Assembly (NCBI GenBank): GCA_030141605.1
Contig: JAQGDQ010000039.1
Location: 681,146 to 745,145 of the forward strand
Direction of reading: 5' to 3'
Source: Tubiluchus corallicola
Taxonomy: Eukaryota > Animalia > Priapulida
Length of the DNA stretch: 64,000 nucleotides
The notes under the pieces were generated by a model. That model did not search any database, had not been told where the DNA came from, and saw nothing but the letters and a program-made list of their open reading frames with translations. Position numbers and translations under genes: made by a program. Within the stretch, counting starts at the first letter, position 1. Every line of letters begins with the position of its first letter. Below, in pieces: positions 1-16,628 of the stretch.

Positions 1-236
1 GCGACTTCTGTGCACAATTTTTAAACAAATTATCAGTGTTCTTACTGCAGAACAAAATTAAGCAACAGCATGATCTTTGTGAGATTGCTTTTTATTTATG
101 ATTCGAAAATTTAGTCGAACATCTTTAAAATTGAATTTGATTCGGATTCGAAATCTTGAAGTGCGGTTTGATTTGAGTCTGAAGGTCAAAAATTCTATTC
201 GACTCGAATTCGTTTCTGATAGAGAATGCTCACGCC
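1..236. mobile_element. Partial copy of the TTCGAA-rich hAT-type MITE (cut by window edge)
   Basis: Similar to the right half of 21141-21527. Ends gaatgctcacgcct. Confidence 0.65.
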
Positions 237-431
237 TTTTCTCTTCCACACGATGAGTGTGACATCACACAGCTTTTTTGGTTAGGCTTATAGAGATTAG
301 TGGCTACAATAAAGACTTAATTAAGCGTGAAATAGTATGAAATGGAGGTTGAGATATCACTAAATATGAAATATATTGCGTATAAAAACTTTCTTGTCGT
401 TTCTTGTATACCTTTTCCTAAGTCACTATCG

Positions 432-530
432 GAACAACCCAGTCAACAACCAAGGAAAAACCAAGTAAACAACCAAAGAACAACCCAGTGAACAACCAGG
501 GTAAAACCAAATCAACAAACAAGGAAACAG
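432..530. repeat. Degenerate AACAACCAAGG short tandem repeat
   Basis: Direct reading. Confidence 0.7.
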
Positions 531-3500
531 CGAAACTTCTTAAATGCCAAAACAAAAGACAACATCGTAACAGAACTATCAACGTACATGCTCACTAATT
601 TATCAGCCTATCACTACAAATAATGCAAAATTTCTCGTCTGTAAGCTTCCGTTCACCGAATAGAAAATTATAGTACCACTACAAAACGTGATAACTTAAG
701 CCCATGCACTTGTTAATAATATTTTTACAGATTCATCGTTTATAACAAAAATATATTATTACAGTTGCGACACGAATCATTTGATACTACTGCATTATTA
801 TGTACGATCGGGCAATTTAGCTAGCTTAACATATTGGATGCTAATCTTTATTTCTAACTTACAGCAAGAAACGGCGGCTAAATTCTCATTTGATAAACTA
901 TTGCGTCAGCGCAAGATGTACAGTGTTCGAAAGTCTGTCAGATTGTAAATTCATCAGGCATCAATTCGTTAATCATTCAAATATCCTGCACTCGCATCGC
1001 AGCTGTTTTGTTTCAAATTTCGATGGCTAAGTGAATGAAAATCTATATGAGACCACCATGTTAATGCTATATAAAATGGGTGGTTGAGTAGAGTACAGCC
1101 AGCAACTGGATGACACCAGTGACAACTGGAACCCTCGGATCGCTGCTACAGTTTGTTGGTTGCAGTTAAGCACACGGCAAGCCCCTAGTTTGCACTCAAT
1201 GACAGGACTACTTATTCCGTTGATGGGTGTGGCAGGACCGAAACATAGCAAAGTATTAAAGATAAAGGTTTAAGATGATAAATTATGCTTTGTTGCCAGT
1301 GATGTCTAGCTGTCTGTCCAGTGGCGCCACAGACAGACATGTATTTGCTTCAATGAGAGAAATAATTGGAGGCGCTATGGCATATGAAACCACTGGTCAC
1401 CCATCCACTTACTTAACCAACTATTCTTACTGCTATTGCAGTATTTTGTGAATGCAGGGCATCTTGTTACCTTTGTTGCTGCAGTTACATTTGTGTTATA
1501 ACTAGTTGTTGATGTTGTCGTGATACTTTAACTTTATCAGCAGCTGCTGTCTGTCTTCGTCGCTGTCGCTAAAATATGGCCACGACGAATAGGCCACATT
1601 CGGATGAACGCACACAGGAAGACCCTGTCTCGAGAAACTGGGTCAATATCGACTTCCGAACCGAACGCGTAAACGTCAACAAGACATACACGCAAAAAGC
1701 CTTATGTTGATCCATTCAACAAACGTATAATATGGAACGTGTTTATAGTAACGTGTAGTAAGCCAAAATTAGGGGTGAGATTGCTTACGACTGACGAGAC
1801 GTGATCACGTGCACTACACGTGGCGCTGACAGAAAACCTACGTATCAAGCCGAAAGACATTCACGGTATACATCCGTGTGATAAAGACAGATGGCGACGC
1901 CTTAGCAATTTCTTGACTAATCCTAGTAATTCACTATGTCAGTTTGTCAGTAATTCACTATGTCACCACCACTTTGTCAGTAGTCACCGGGTATCGGACA
2001 CTGCACAGCCATTGTCCAGCGACTTGGTACTCACCCTACTCCGTAACTAAAAATTTTGCATTACAACATTATGCCCACTATTGCACTTTTTACCATGGCT
2101 CATTTAATAAAATAACGATTATAACTAATTTTTGAAGGTAACTAGGAGCCTAGTAACGCTGTTATAATATGCAGTCAATTATAGGCCAATAAACGCCTAG
2201 TCCAGGTACGTGGGTAACAACAATAATCACTAATGTGTGTCAGAGGTAAAAATAGGGCTGTCGTTATGCTGCGTGAAAGCAAAAAGTGGACCCTGGCTGG
2301 CTGCAAGTGTTAAAAGTCACAACAATAAACACAAGCCTAGTCAAAACTTTGTGCTCGGTGTAGTAGGTAAATAACATAAACATTGACAGAAATAGCAGAA
2401 AAAACAGTTGTTTCATTCCTCTTTTGCTTAGAATAAACCGTTCCACGCAGGATATTCAGTCGGATTGTCAATATTAGAACAGAAAAAGTGCATTCAGTGC
2501 CTTTCACACAATCGGACAGCAATGCCAACTTATCCGGCTATGCGATGCCGTTTTCATATGCGAAGAAAATTGCCAAAAATGCTGTAATAATCAACTAATC
2601 AACACTTGTTTAAGTTTACGGGATGCAAGGATACATTAATCATCACCTGCTCTGTTCTTATTTCTACTGCTGCACGTGCGAATACAGTTAAAGTTTCCTC
2701 AACTACCATATATTGGGAAGTTACCTAACATTTTTTTCTTCTTAGACTTATGCAATGGTTATGTAGCCTACTAAAACAATTTAAACAGAGCACATTACTG
2801 GAAGGGAGAAGTGCAAGATCGAAAGCATCAAAAACAATCCTAAAGTAATCAGCTTGCAATTGCCATCAACTGTGAAACAGTTAAAAAACATAAGCGGTTT
2901 TAAGGGAAACTAGCTTTCCAGTATTATCTTTTCATGTCTTTTGAATAATATCCCGTGGCCCAGTATTGGACTTGCTTTCTGTACATTTTAAAGATGTACA
3001 CTGTTCTTAGAGTACATTCTCTCTCACTTTTGAAGTTTTCCTCTGAATGAAATTTCTTTCCTAATTATTCCCAGGATAAAATTGCGACCCTTGAATTTAA
3101 AATTCATACCTTGGCAAGCAAATGAGGACTTCCGTATGAGAATCACTTTTTGATTCAAAAAAGTAATATTCGCGGCATGTAATAATTGATAATAAGGACA
3201 TGTAGATAATTGGCACATGTAAATAATATTATTGAATTTACTAATTATGATTAGAAAGTTTGCAGTGTGTCTGCAGTAAAGTCTGCATGCTCATCTAGTT
3301 GACGAATTAAGAAAAACAGACAAATGGCAAGTTAATAATTTATTCTTGATTTAACTACTATGGAATCATTACACCACAAACGGTTGCAGGTTCAGAACCA
3401 CGTTCAAAGTTCTTACATCTACTAACGTATTAGGTAAAGTGCATATAAACAATCGCCATTAACAAAAAAGTGTGCTCCCAGTATCATATAAGTCTTGAAA

Positions 3501-6500
3501 ATTCGTTCGTTTACTAATTACTTTCAAGCTAGCGCCGCTTCAATCTATGTACAGTATATACAGTACAGAAACTCTGTTTCTAAAATTCTGCGAGCAATTA
3601 TCTCTTTAATTGAAGCATAAAATCGCTGTTTTTTCCTCGAACGCGGTAATTTCGACGATAATTATTACTGGTTAGACTAGTTTGTTAGAAATGTAATTAA
3701 ATTGTGCCTTGAGTTTACACTAATGAATTTCTTTTCATGTCTTTTGAATTCACTTGATTTGAATTGAATTGAATTTTATTTGTACTTTTATTAGCTCTGA
3801 GCGTAAGCTGAACAAAAAATCAAAAACTATGTGGTAAGTTTCTTGCCAAACACCGCAGTGACTTTTCTTCATTGTTGTTCCGGACTAAATGTACAACACT
3901 AGCGCCCCTATAGGCAAATTTTGAAAACTCGTATCTCCAGGCCACGTAAAACCACTAAAAATGTTAAAAATCGCTTTTCAATAATTATTAATATAAGTTT
4001 TCTGAATTTCTGTTTTCTCTACAGAAACCCCACTTAAATATATCCGTTCGCAAAACAAGTCTCCAAACCATTTGAATTTTAGATTACGTTCGATATTAAT
4101 TATTTAAAGAAGAGACTTTGCATTGATTGAATGAAAGTAGAAGATAAAAAGTGCTGTGCAGGGCTTGCCGGCGGCAATATTAGGCTTATTGATCATCCAT
4201 ATCCATCTTCTTCTAACAATTAAATCATTCCGCCAAAAAGACGCTTCTCTTTACCCATCACAACTCAACATGTCGACTGTTCGAAATTGGGCAGCTGCAC
4301 GAAAGCACAGAAGATTACCGGCGGTAAACCGAATTAGCATGCTCCTGCCAAAACTAATTCTTCTTACTTATGAGAACATTTGAGTTCACAACTTGTATTG
4401 AAGCAAAATACGAAGAGGATTAAAGACTGGGTTGGCAAAAGTTCAAGCTGACATCTTTCTTTTCAGGACATTCCTTTCCATGCTTATTTTCATGACTGAG
4501 AGACGCCAAAGTCAGGTACAAGCGAGGGTGCCAGAACTAAATTTAAGAGGTTTTGTAAAACGGCCACTTCATAAAAAGGGAACTCTACTTGACGGCCACG
4601 ACGTTGATGGTCGCGGTGATGATAATGATAAGCATATGCACAAATGACATACGATTGCCCAACCATTACTTTTATGGGAAAATGCTTGATTACTGATGCA
4701 GCTATTTGCGTGGACATAAATTGGAAATAATAATAGTCTTACAATACAAGCCTTTATATTTTAATAGTTATTTTTAAAAATTGAAAATTTTAAATTACAA
4801 AAGATCTAGATAGGTCTGGGTCTATGGAATCGGTCCTTTTGACTTTTTTGCACCTATTAAAACATTTTATAACAATACATGTACTGCATAACATTAAACA
4901 CTACGGATTGTCTCTAACGACCGATAACTAACTTGATTACACCACATCAAAGAAACAGTTTTTATTTAGAAATCGATACAACAGCTGCCATCTACTAACA
5001 ACTTTATGAACTAATCATTCCATGCATATGCTACATGCGACATCTTATAATATTCTATAATGAATTAAGAATAGAACCAACAATGTACAATCGATGAATC
5101 AAAATTGCACAAAGCATTGTAGAAGCTACAGCTCTATTTATAGCAATTATTACAGTTAATTGATAAAATTCAGTCTGCAAGTAATTATGCAGATGCGTAT
5201 CTCCAGGAAGCGGTGCTAGCGCGTACATTAACCGCTCTTCAAACTTCTCTTCAAATTTCCCATAAACTATTTAATTACCGGTTGCTGCATGAATGACTTA
5301 ATTTGCTAATGCTCAAAGTTTTAGCCAACTGGGGCGGATTCAGCACAGCAGTAGTGCAACAATAATTCCATTACTACAACACGACAACCACAAAACCATA
5401 ATAAAATGTTTCATATGCATACTGCACAAGTTTTTGTAACTTAAAGGGGAACCACCTTATGATGCTTTATCCTTTATTGCCACCAGGTGTCACAACATTG
5501 TGCATAACAACATTCATATAATCTAATTATAACTTGCAAACAATAGTGTACTTTGAGATTTAGACTTTCCTAATTTTCGCAAGTACAGAGCGATCGATAA
5601 TAACCTATCATTTTATCAAAAACACCCAAAAACATAAACGCCCTAAACGCGAAATAATGAGTCTCGAACATAATGTCTGCTACTTAATGATTTAAATTAT
5701 AATAAAATGTGTAAGTACTGCTCATTAGAACAGTGTAAATCAATATTACGTCAAAGCGAAAGGCGAAACCAAACACAGACTTTATACAGCAGAAGCATTG
5801 TAAAACACATTGTATCATCGCAGTCATTGTCATCATCACCATCATCATCATCATCACCTCCTCACTGCCAACGCTACAGCGGCTTACATCAACAGTTTGC
5901 ATGCAGTCTTACCCACAATCACAATATTAACATGAGCATCACATTATCGCAATCATCCTCATTTTCGTAGCTATAACTGTCTTTGAAATTACATCGCCGC
6001 TGTCGCCAGCATCACCATTTTGTCGACAATGAAGCCATTATCGTCATTTTTCACCTGTCTAGCGAGGTGTTGTAAAGTAAAGAGGGTTTTTACACGACAG
6101 ACCATGAAACTACTCTGGCGAAATCAGCAGAAACTGAATTAAATTGAAACATAGGATACAATAGGAATGGGTGATCAACACAAGATCAAACACCAGCGTG
6201 ATCTGTGATGGTAACAGCTGTTACTAGCGAAATCGACTTCGGAAGGCATGCCAGAATGACAGTATCTACACAGAGGTACCAAATTAGCTATTTTTGCTCA
6301 TTCCCGGAACACCATGTAGAAAAAAATGCCTGTGGGTCCTTTTTACAAATGCCCCTACCAGGACGAACAATAACAAGATAATTTGAGGTAACGTTTATTA
6401 TCTGGACATTCAATGACTCGATGAGTTGAACTGCTGAATTTAATATACTTGCCTTTATCAAGTTCAGTTTTAATAACTTTGTTATCTTGTTAAAATTGGT

Positions 6501-6662
6501 ATTATTTTGCTTTAATTGGTCATCGGTTTCAGGATTCCAAGAGTCTGTCAGAATTTAGGGTCCAAGGCTTATTAACCTTAACCTGTAACCTTATTAACCT
6601 GATGGTTAATCCGCCTCTGGAACTTACCATAAATAATATAGGAAATTTATAGGTTTTACACG

Positions 6663-6782
6663 TCAAAGGTAGACATAGAAATTTCGAATGTGTTTTGGTA
6701 ACTCAAAAGTGACTTAGGTAAATCAAATGTAGACATAGGAATTTCGAATGTATTTTGGTAACTCAAATGTGACTTAGGTAAG
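6663..6782. repeat. 60-bp tandem duplication
   Basis: tcaaa(g/t)gtagacatag(a/g)aatttcgaatgt(g/a)ttttggtaactcaaa(a/t)gtgacttaggtaa occurs twice. Confidence 0.9.
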
Positions 6783-7578
6783 TAAAATGTAGATGCAGTA
6801 CTTTGAATAAATCGGTAATTAACTCATTTAAGTGCAAATTACGAAAAGATAAAACCAAATAAAAATTATATTTTATGGTCACGGTGCTATCGATACAACG
6901 ATAATTCGGTGGACAAATATAATGCAACGTCGACAAATTATAGTATATAATGAGTGTGCAGCGATATAAAAATATAAATTTTTCTCGTAACTGGTGATGC
7001 AAGCAACCTTGACATTGGCAGTAAAGCGGATGAAACTACTGCGGCCACATACAGGGCACGCATGAACAGCTAGCTACATGAACAAACACCATTGGAGAAA
7101 CTTGACAACTAAAATAGACAAGAAATTGACTACATAGAAAGAACGTTCGATTGTTTGTTTTGCTTGAACAATCTGGGAACACTTGTGGGATGGATGCTTG
7201 AACTAAGAGTGATTGATATTGTTGACTCTCAAACGTTCGTGTTTGGACAGACTGTGGGAGGGAAGATAGCTCTCTCTCTCGGTGTTGCTTTTGCATTGCT
7301 TACTGGTTTGTTCTTAGCTTATAATTTTGCTGATTAAGCAAAACTAACCAAAGGTAGCTTAATTGAGCACTTGCGGTTAGTAAAATACACTACAAAGAAT
7401 CTGGGCTCAAACTGCTGCAACCACAGAAGAGTGGCAAAAAGTTATAAAAGTCTGGTAAAATAAGCAGGTTAAAAGCAAGGAACAAGCTCTGCGTTTAAGC
7501 ATTATCGGAGAAGCCTGGCCAAATAGTCAGATGAAAATACAATTAACATACTCACGCTGAAAAGGTTCACTTAGTGTC

Positions 7579-10736
<3,158 letters not shown>

Positions 10737-10997
10737 CTAAACCACGAGTATTTTTAGGAGAAAAAAGAAAAACAAACACTTCTACAATCACCTGCATAAT
10801 GCAAAAAAATGATCTGAAATGTTATCGGCTTATGCGCGTATAGACAGTTTCATTCAAAGGCAGCTTCACGTGAAAAATGACAAACATTTGCCGTGATCGA
10901 TGCTTGCTCGTCTGTACAAGCGGCAATTTCAAAAGGCGACAGCAGTCTACTACAGTAACTGTAATATGCAATTTTATTTTTAACTAAATAGTTTACA

Positions 10998-11461
10998 CAG
11001 GGCTCGATTTACCAATATGCATAGTAGGACATTGGCCTAGGACCCGCGGGTATTTGGGGGCTCGCTGAAACTAATTTGTCGCACTGCGAGCTAACCTACA
11101 AGTTATAACCTTTCTAGTGTGTACCGGGTATTTCATTATAATAATATGTTCAAAGTCAAGGGCTCCTGTACAACAAGTAAGCCTATGGGGCCCTAAGTAA
11201 GTATAAGGCTCGGCGTATGAGGGCTCTGTACTATAAGTATACATATGTCCATTGTACTGAAATTCGTATTTCTTAAATTATAGTAGGCCTAAGTATGACA
11301 TTATGTAGTATTGGTTGACGCTTGGCCATTGCAAAAAATTACAGTTATGCAATACAATATACATAATATTGGATACTGAAACATGCCAACATTTCTATAA
11401 ATTTGGCGGCCTACTCGTGAGTTGGGCATAGGACCCAACAGTATAGGTAAATCCGGCCCCG
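10998..11461. mobile_element. hAT-type MITE
   Basis: TIR CAGGGCTCGATTTACC / GGTAAATCCGGCCCCG. 8-bp TSD AGTTTACA/ATTTTACA. Confidence 0.75.
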
Positions 11462-12521
11462 ATTTTACAAAAAAATCATGCCTTGTCTACCAACAAATGT
11501 TTTAATGCGTGTAAAACAAAAAAACAGCATCTTAATTGTTTCATTAATAAACAAGATTTGCTTTTGGTCATCGATGGCGGACCAAGTGGCCCATTATTAA
11601 TTGTAACCTTTAATTATTATGCAAAAAAGAGGTAAATATGTCTACAAGCTTCTTGTAAAAGTAAACTAATAAAATATACGTTGCTACATGTATAATTTTT
11701 TTCCTTAGAGGCCATATATTTCACAGAAACCTGTTTAGCCTTTAATAATTAGTTCAACCTGTTTTGTACATTTACACGTTGAAACAGGTAACTTGATCAT
11801 AACCACTAACTTCGCGACTTTTGTCGACTGCTAATTATTACAGGCCAACAAATTAGGCTGAAAATTGGCGGACTGAAAGCCTTTTTTCATTTTCCATCAG
11901 AAGCATTTTATCAAACATCAGAGTCAGAGTTCTGAGGACTTTTACAAATTGATACTTACAAAGAGACAGCACAAACGTACTTTTTTGAAACACACTTAAC
12001 CTCGTGATTTTTAGGTCCACATCGCCATAGTCACAGTCAGCATCTTAGTGATCACGAAAGGTCTCTTGACTGGCCCAGCAATTAGTAAGATTTTTTGCTA
12101 CCTTAAATCCTTTGGCTTTTTGCACAGTCATAATCTGTCAAGTTTTAAAGGGTATATTTTCAGGAAAGTAATAGGGGTACGCTGCTAAATTCAATGTCAA
12201 CTCTTGATTGGCTTGCTCTTGGTAACTCACTAATCACTGATCAAGAAAACTGTTTGTTACGTTGATATTGAAAATTTCGGAACAGACATCCACCCTCATA
12301 GATCGCACAAAAGTCAACGTAAATACATGTACAATATTGTACATGTAGGCAAATTGTTAACTAATATGTAATCAATATTAGGGCTACCCACTTAGGCCAT
12401 ATCTACATCTAGGTCTACAGTGTGATCCGTTTAAAAAAGGAACAAGAATAAAGTTGATGGCTACATAAATACGTAACTGCTGAGCTCCGGTCTAAATTAC
12501 CAAATTTTAGTGAAAGTTAAC

Positions 12522-12755
12522 CACTGTCGGATTAAGGTATAAGCTAAACATATTACACCTTAGGGCCTTTCAAGAAGATTCAAGATTGGCGTTATACTCA
12601 TTTTTATAATTAAGTAATAATTTAGTCATAAAATAATAGGTATTGTTCACTTTGCTATTAAATAATTAATATTTCAAGTTTTCTGGAACCAGCTGGTGTA
12701 ATTTAAAAAAAGGTTCTCATAGCTTAAGGACTCAGTAAGTCTAAATCCGGCACTG
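12522..12755. mobile_element. hAT-type MITE
   Basis: TIR CACTGTCGGATTAAG / CTAAATCCGGCACTG. 8-bp TSD AAGTTAAC/AGGTTAAC. Confidence 0.7.
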
Positions 12756-15700
12756 AGGTTAACACTTACTCATGCCCTTACTCTTCATCTACAGTAAGTG
12801 TTACAATCTGCATATTGCTGAGGACTTGGTGGACTTGAGAAACGCACTGAAGGAGTAGTAATCTTACAAAAGAATATGTGTGGGCACAGTGCAATAGGCG
12901 AAATTGTAATACATATCAAAATAGGGCAAGGAGCAAACGATGAGGTGGACAGCCTATGAAATTTAAGAGAAGCATACCTATAATTGCTGATGAACACAAT
13001 ATGGTTCGTAACAAACTGGTACCAATTAACATCACTCACAAGACAAATAAACAAATTACAGTATTTTGCGGCTTGTTATTGTTAATTTGTTATTAATAAT
13101 CACCCTAACAATACAATGAGTTTTTCATTAATTTACATTAGGTAAATCTATTAATAAGGCCCATCACGACCACAGTTACTACAAAAAAAACTTAGATATA
13201 GTTCATTTAACCTATTATTAATTTTGGTTGTAAAACTCATGACTGTCATGTCTCTGGATATCATTAGACTTTTCCTTAATTTTATCCTATTTATCAATCA
13301 ATTTATTTATCAATTAAATCAATCTTTCACAGGAAGGTTACACTCCTGCAAAAGTAACAGTAAATACATTTTGCAAAATATTGATGATGCCCCTGTCACA
13401 TTCTTATAAAGTTATTAAACACTGTTACGAATGTACTGCTTTTTTCTTAAATTTTCAGCGTTGAAATGGCCTTTATACAAATGTGATCGCCTGTTCTTAA
13501 TGAACAACAAGTTGGTTACTAGGAACTGGCTCTTTCATCTATTTATTGGGAATGGATGTAATATAACGGGATGAATACAAGACGAAGGTGCCTAACAGTG
13601 TTACACTATCACAAGTTAATATGAAACCAAACAAAACTGTACGAAAACTGCAAAATTAGATGTAATACATTTACAGGAGCCTACAAAGACAAATCATTCT
13701 ATGCTCAGGAAAACGTACAATTATGCATCAAAACTTAATCTTGTGCGTACCACATAGTACATTTTACACATATATTTCAAATGACACATAGTCCTAGTGC
13801 GTCAACTAAATTCACAGTAAAATAGCTTCGAAAACTGGCCTAAAATCTTACTGGCCGTTTATAATGTCACATTGTCAACCAGTAATACTAAACTCTGCTA
13901 CATGCTTTCTGCAGTAACTGCAATAGTTGAATCTGGTACTTCATCAGTTTTAACAACTAAAATTATCACAAATAGACAATGAAAGGAATTAACTCTGGAG
14001 TAATTAACTTGTAATTGTGGTGTAAATTAGGAGATAAAAAATGCCTATGTCTATGTCTAACTGTAAAATCACAGAAACAAAATGTAGTGAGCTCTTAGCA
14101 TCACAGCTCCAGTACTAGCTTAATTAGCACTAAAGCAATAAGATTAGCTTTTATTTACAAATATAATATAGGATGCAGCCTTACCAACAAACAGAAATTT
14201 CTCATACAGATTAAGATAGGTTAAGCCGGATTTAGGTTAGCCTAATTACCACTATTATGGATCTCAAAAAAGTTTGCTTTTTCATTAGGCTGTGACAATG
14301 AATTAATTCACTTTACTAGCAGTCAAAGTGCTCAAAAGTCACAATTATTTTATCTTTTTAAACATATACTGCAATCTTGTACACATTTACTAAATTTAGT
14401 TCAATACTATACTTATGCTATACTTGCCACGGAAAGCAATATTATCAGACGTTTGACTTCATTCTTGTAAATCATTAACTATCTTAACTATCTAAGTAGT
14501 TAATAAACAAACACACACATATGCAAATCAAACAAGCAGGTAATAATTTTCTAGTAGTAGACTTTGCTTGAAATATTATAACGTAACAATCACAAAATTT
14601 TCTATCCACTATCTTTATACTAAAAACAGTACATCTACTTTATATTTCTTCAGAGGTACAGTTTATACCAGAAGTACACAACTCTTACTGCCAACAATAT
14701 AGTTTTAGTAGTTAAACATAAGTGATGTAAATACATTATTAATGTACACTGCATATGAATTTAATCACGCGGTGACTTGTTAGCTGCTCTTTTAAAGTCA
14801 CAAACATCAATGAGCCAATAACCACAATTTATGCAATCATGAAGCCACAATGTTAAAAACAAGTGAATTTTAGTACCATTACATAATTCAAATATAACAT
14901 CAGTTCTACAGTCTACAAGGAATGATGGAAGCAGGTGCTCTATTTGGAATACAATTGCTCGAAATGCGACGACTTGGAACTTATTTTTATGACCAAAACA
15001 CATTTTGAACAATTTTACGAGTCCAAATTTTTGTGAAATTTTGACGCACAGTCAGGGATGGCTTGACCAGGTAGGGGCCAATCTTAATTTTCAGTTGCTC
15101 AAAACTGATGTAACCATATAAACAATGGAATATACTGAGCCTCAACGACTGTTGCTCTTGTGAAACTGCCGTCAGACTTGCAGTCTAAGATGATATCATT
15201 ATCTTTGTTACTTCATTTGTAATACCATTGTAATAAATTTTATGAAAAGAGACGTGAAAGGGGGAGGGGAATGTCGATGGGCCCTGCCATAGGTTAATAC
15301 TGCACTGTTTGAGATCGTAAATAATTGGAATGGTATTAAATAAGTTCAGCAAATACTCAGATAATGCCCAAAAGAAAACAATCTGTCAAACACTTAACAA
15401 CAATGCATTACAGATAAATTAAAGTTCATTAAAATGAAAGTTCAACAAAAATGGCTACCAGTTAACATTCTGCAGGAATTCTTTAAACTGCAACTTTGAC
15501 TTCGAAAAAATGAAGAATGAACTGTAGATAAATGCCAATTCCTAGTTCTTAATAAAAAGGGCTTACTGGAAAGATCTCACTACCAGAATCTTATAGAAGT
15601 GGTACATGCTGGCTGCAGCTAGTAAACATAGGCTACAAAAAGATGAGTACCAGATAAGTTATTGCTTAAAATGGATTTGTTTAACTTTAAGTCTGATTTT

Positions 15701-15924
15701 CAACCCCCGGGGGATTCTCAGCACATACGTAAATACTATAATCACTCAACTTTTTTTTCAGGTAACTAACAGCAATTTCTTCAATTTCTAAGAACAGAAA
15801 ACAGTAAGCAGACACTTATTTTGCGTAAATTTGTGATTAGTGCATAAAGTTTGCAAAATCAGCTGTTCCTGTCAGACATGAACAAGGCAAAGCTTTTGCA
15901 CATGATATAGACTTTCTCTCTTAT

Positions 15925-16113
15925 GACCTCAAAATCTCAAAATGATGATGCTCACTTTTACGACTGAAACCTTAAAAACCCAAATGATGCTGTTCACTAT
16001 TAGAACTGAAACCTCAAAAACCTAAAATAATGCTTATCATGCTTGTGACTGAAACCTCAAAAACCTAAAATGATGCTAATCATTTTTATGACTGAAACCT
16101 CAAAAACCTAAAA
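15925..16113. repeat. ~43-bp minisatellite, ~4.5 copies
   Basis: Core ACTGAAACCTCAAAAACCTAAAATGATGCT recurring at ~15963, 16005, 16048 and 16091. Confidence 0.85.
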
Positions 16114-16628
16114 GCTACTGACCACCAATGAAATATAAGAATCACAGAGATAAACAATATGTAGCAATCTCAGATATTAGTCTTAGCATTAAATGCCAGA
16201 TAGATTAAAAGTCGAAATTATATAAACACGAATATAATGCCTAGGACATAGCATATGCAGTTTTCACTGGTATTAAGAGACCTTTTTCACAAGAAAGTCT
16301 AAGGGTTAGGTAGGTATTACACTAAATAATCTCTGCTTACCCAATTTTTAATCATATGTATCTAAACCTTGCTAAATTTTTCATAATAAAAAGACACATA
16401 GTAAACACGGTAATACAAAGAGGTAAAAAAGTTTAGCTGTAATAATAGTTATCAAATTATATCACACCAATTTGTTAGAATATTAGAAAAGCTTTATGTG
16501 TTAAACATTATGGATGAAGCCAAAACTGCATTCAGAATCTAAGAAAATCCCATTTAGTAGCTTGACGATGATTCCAACGGTTACAAAAAATTTCTCCCCA
16601 TCTGCGTGGTCAGGACAGCCATTAAATT

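Noticed and set aside
1075-1260. Faint SRCR-like peptide (G*VEY...DNWNPRIAATVC)
   Set aside because: Contains a stop, lacks the remaining cysteines and has no supporting splice sites.
7036-7296. ORF ending ASCSCVPC, reminiscent of a cystine-knot C-terminus
   Set aside because: No upstream CxGxC or signal peptide, and no phase-compatible link could be established.
15925-16113. CRISPR-like look: ~30-bp conserved core with short variable intervals
   Set aside because: Intervals are ~13 bp and mutually similar, there are no cas genes, and the context is eukaryotic. It is a minisatellite.
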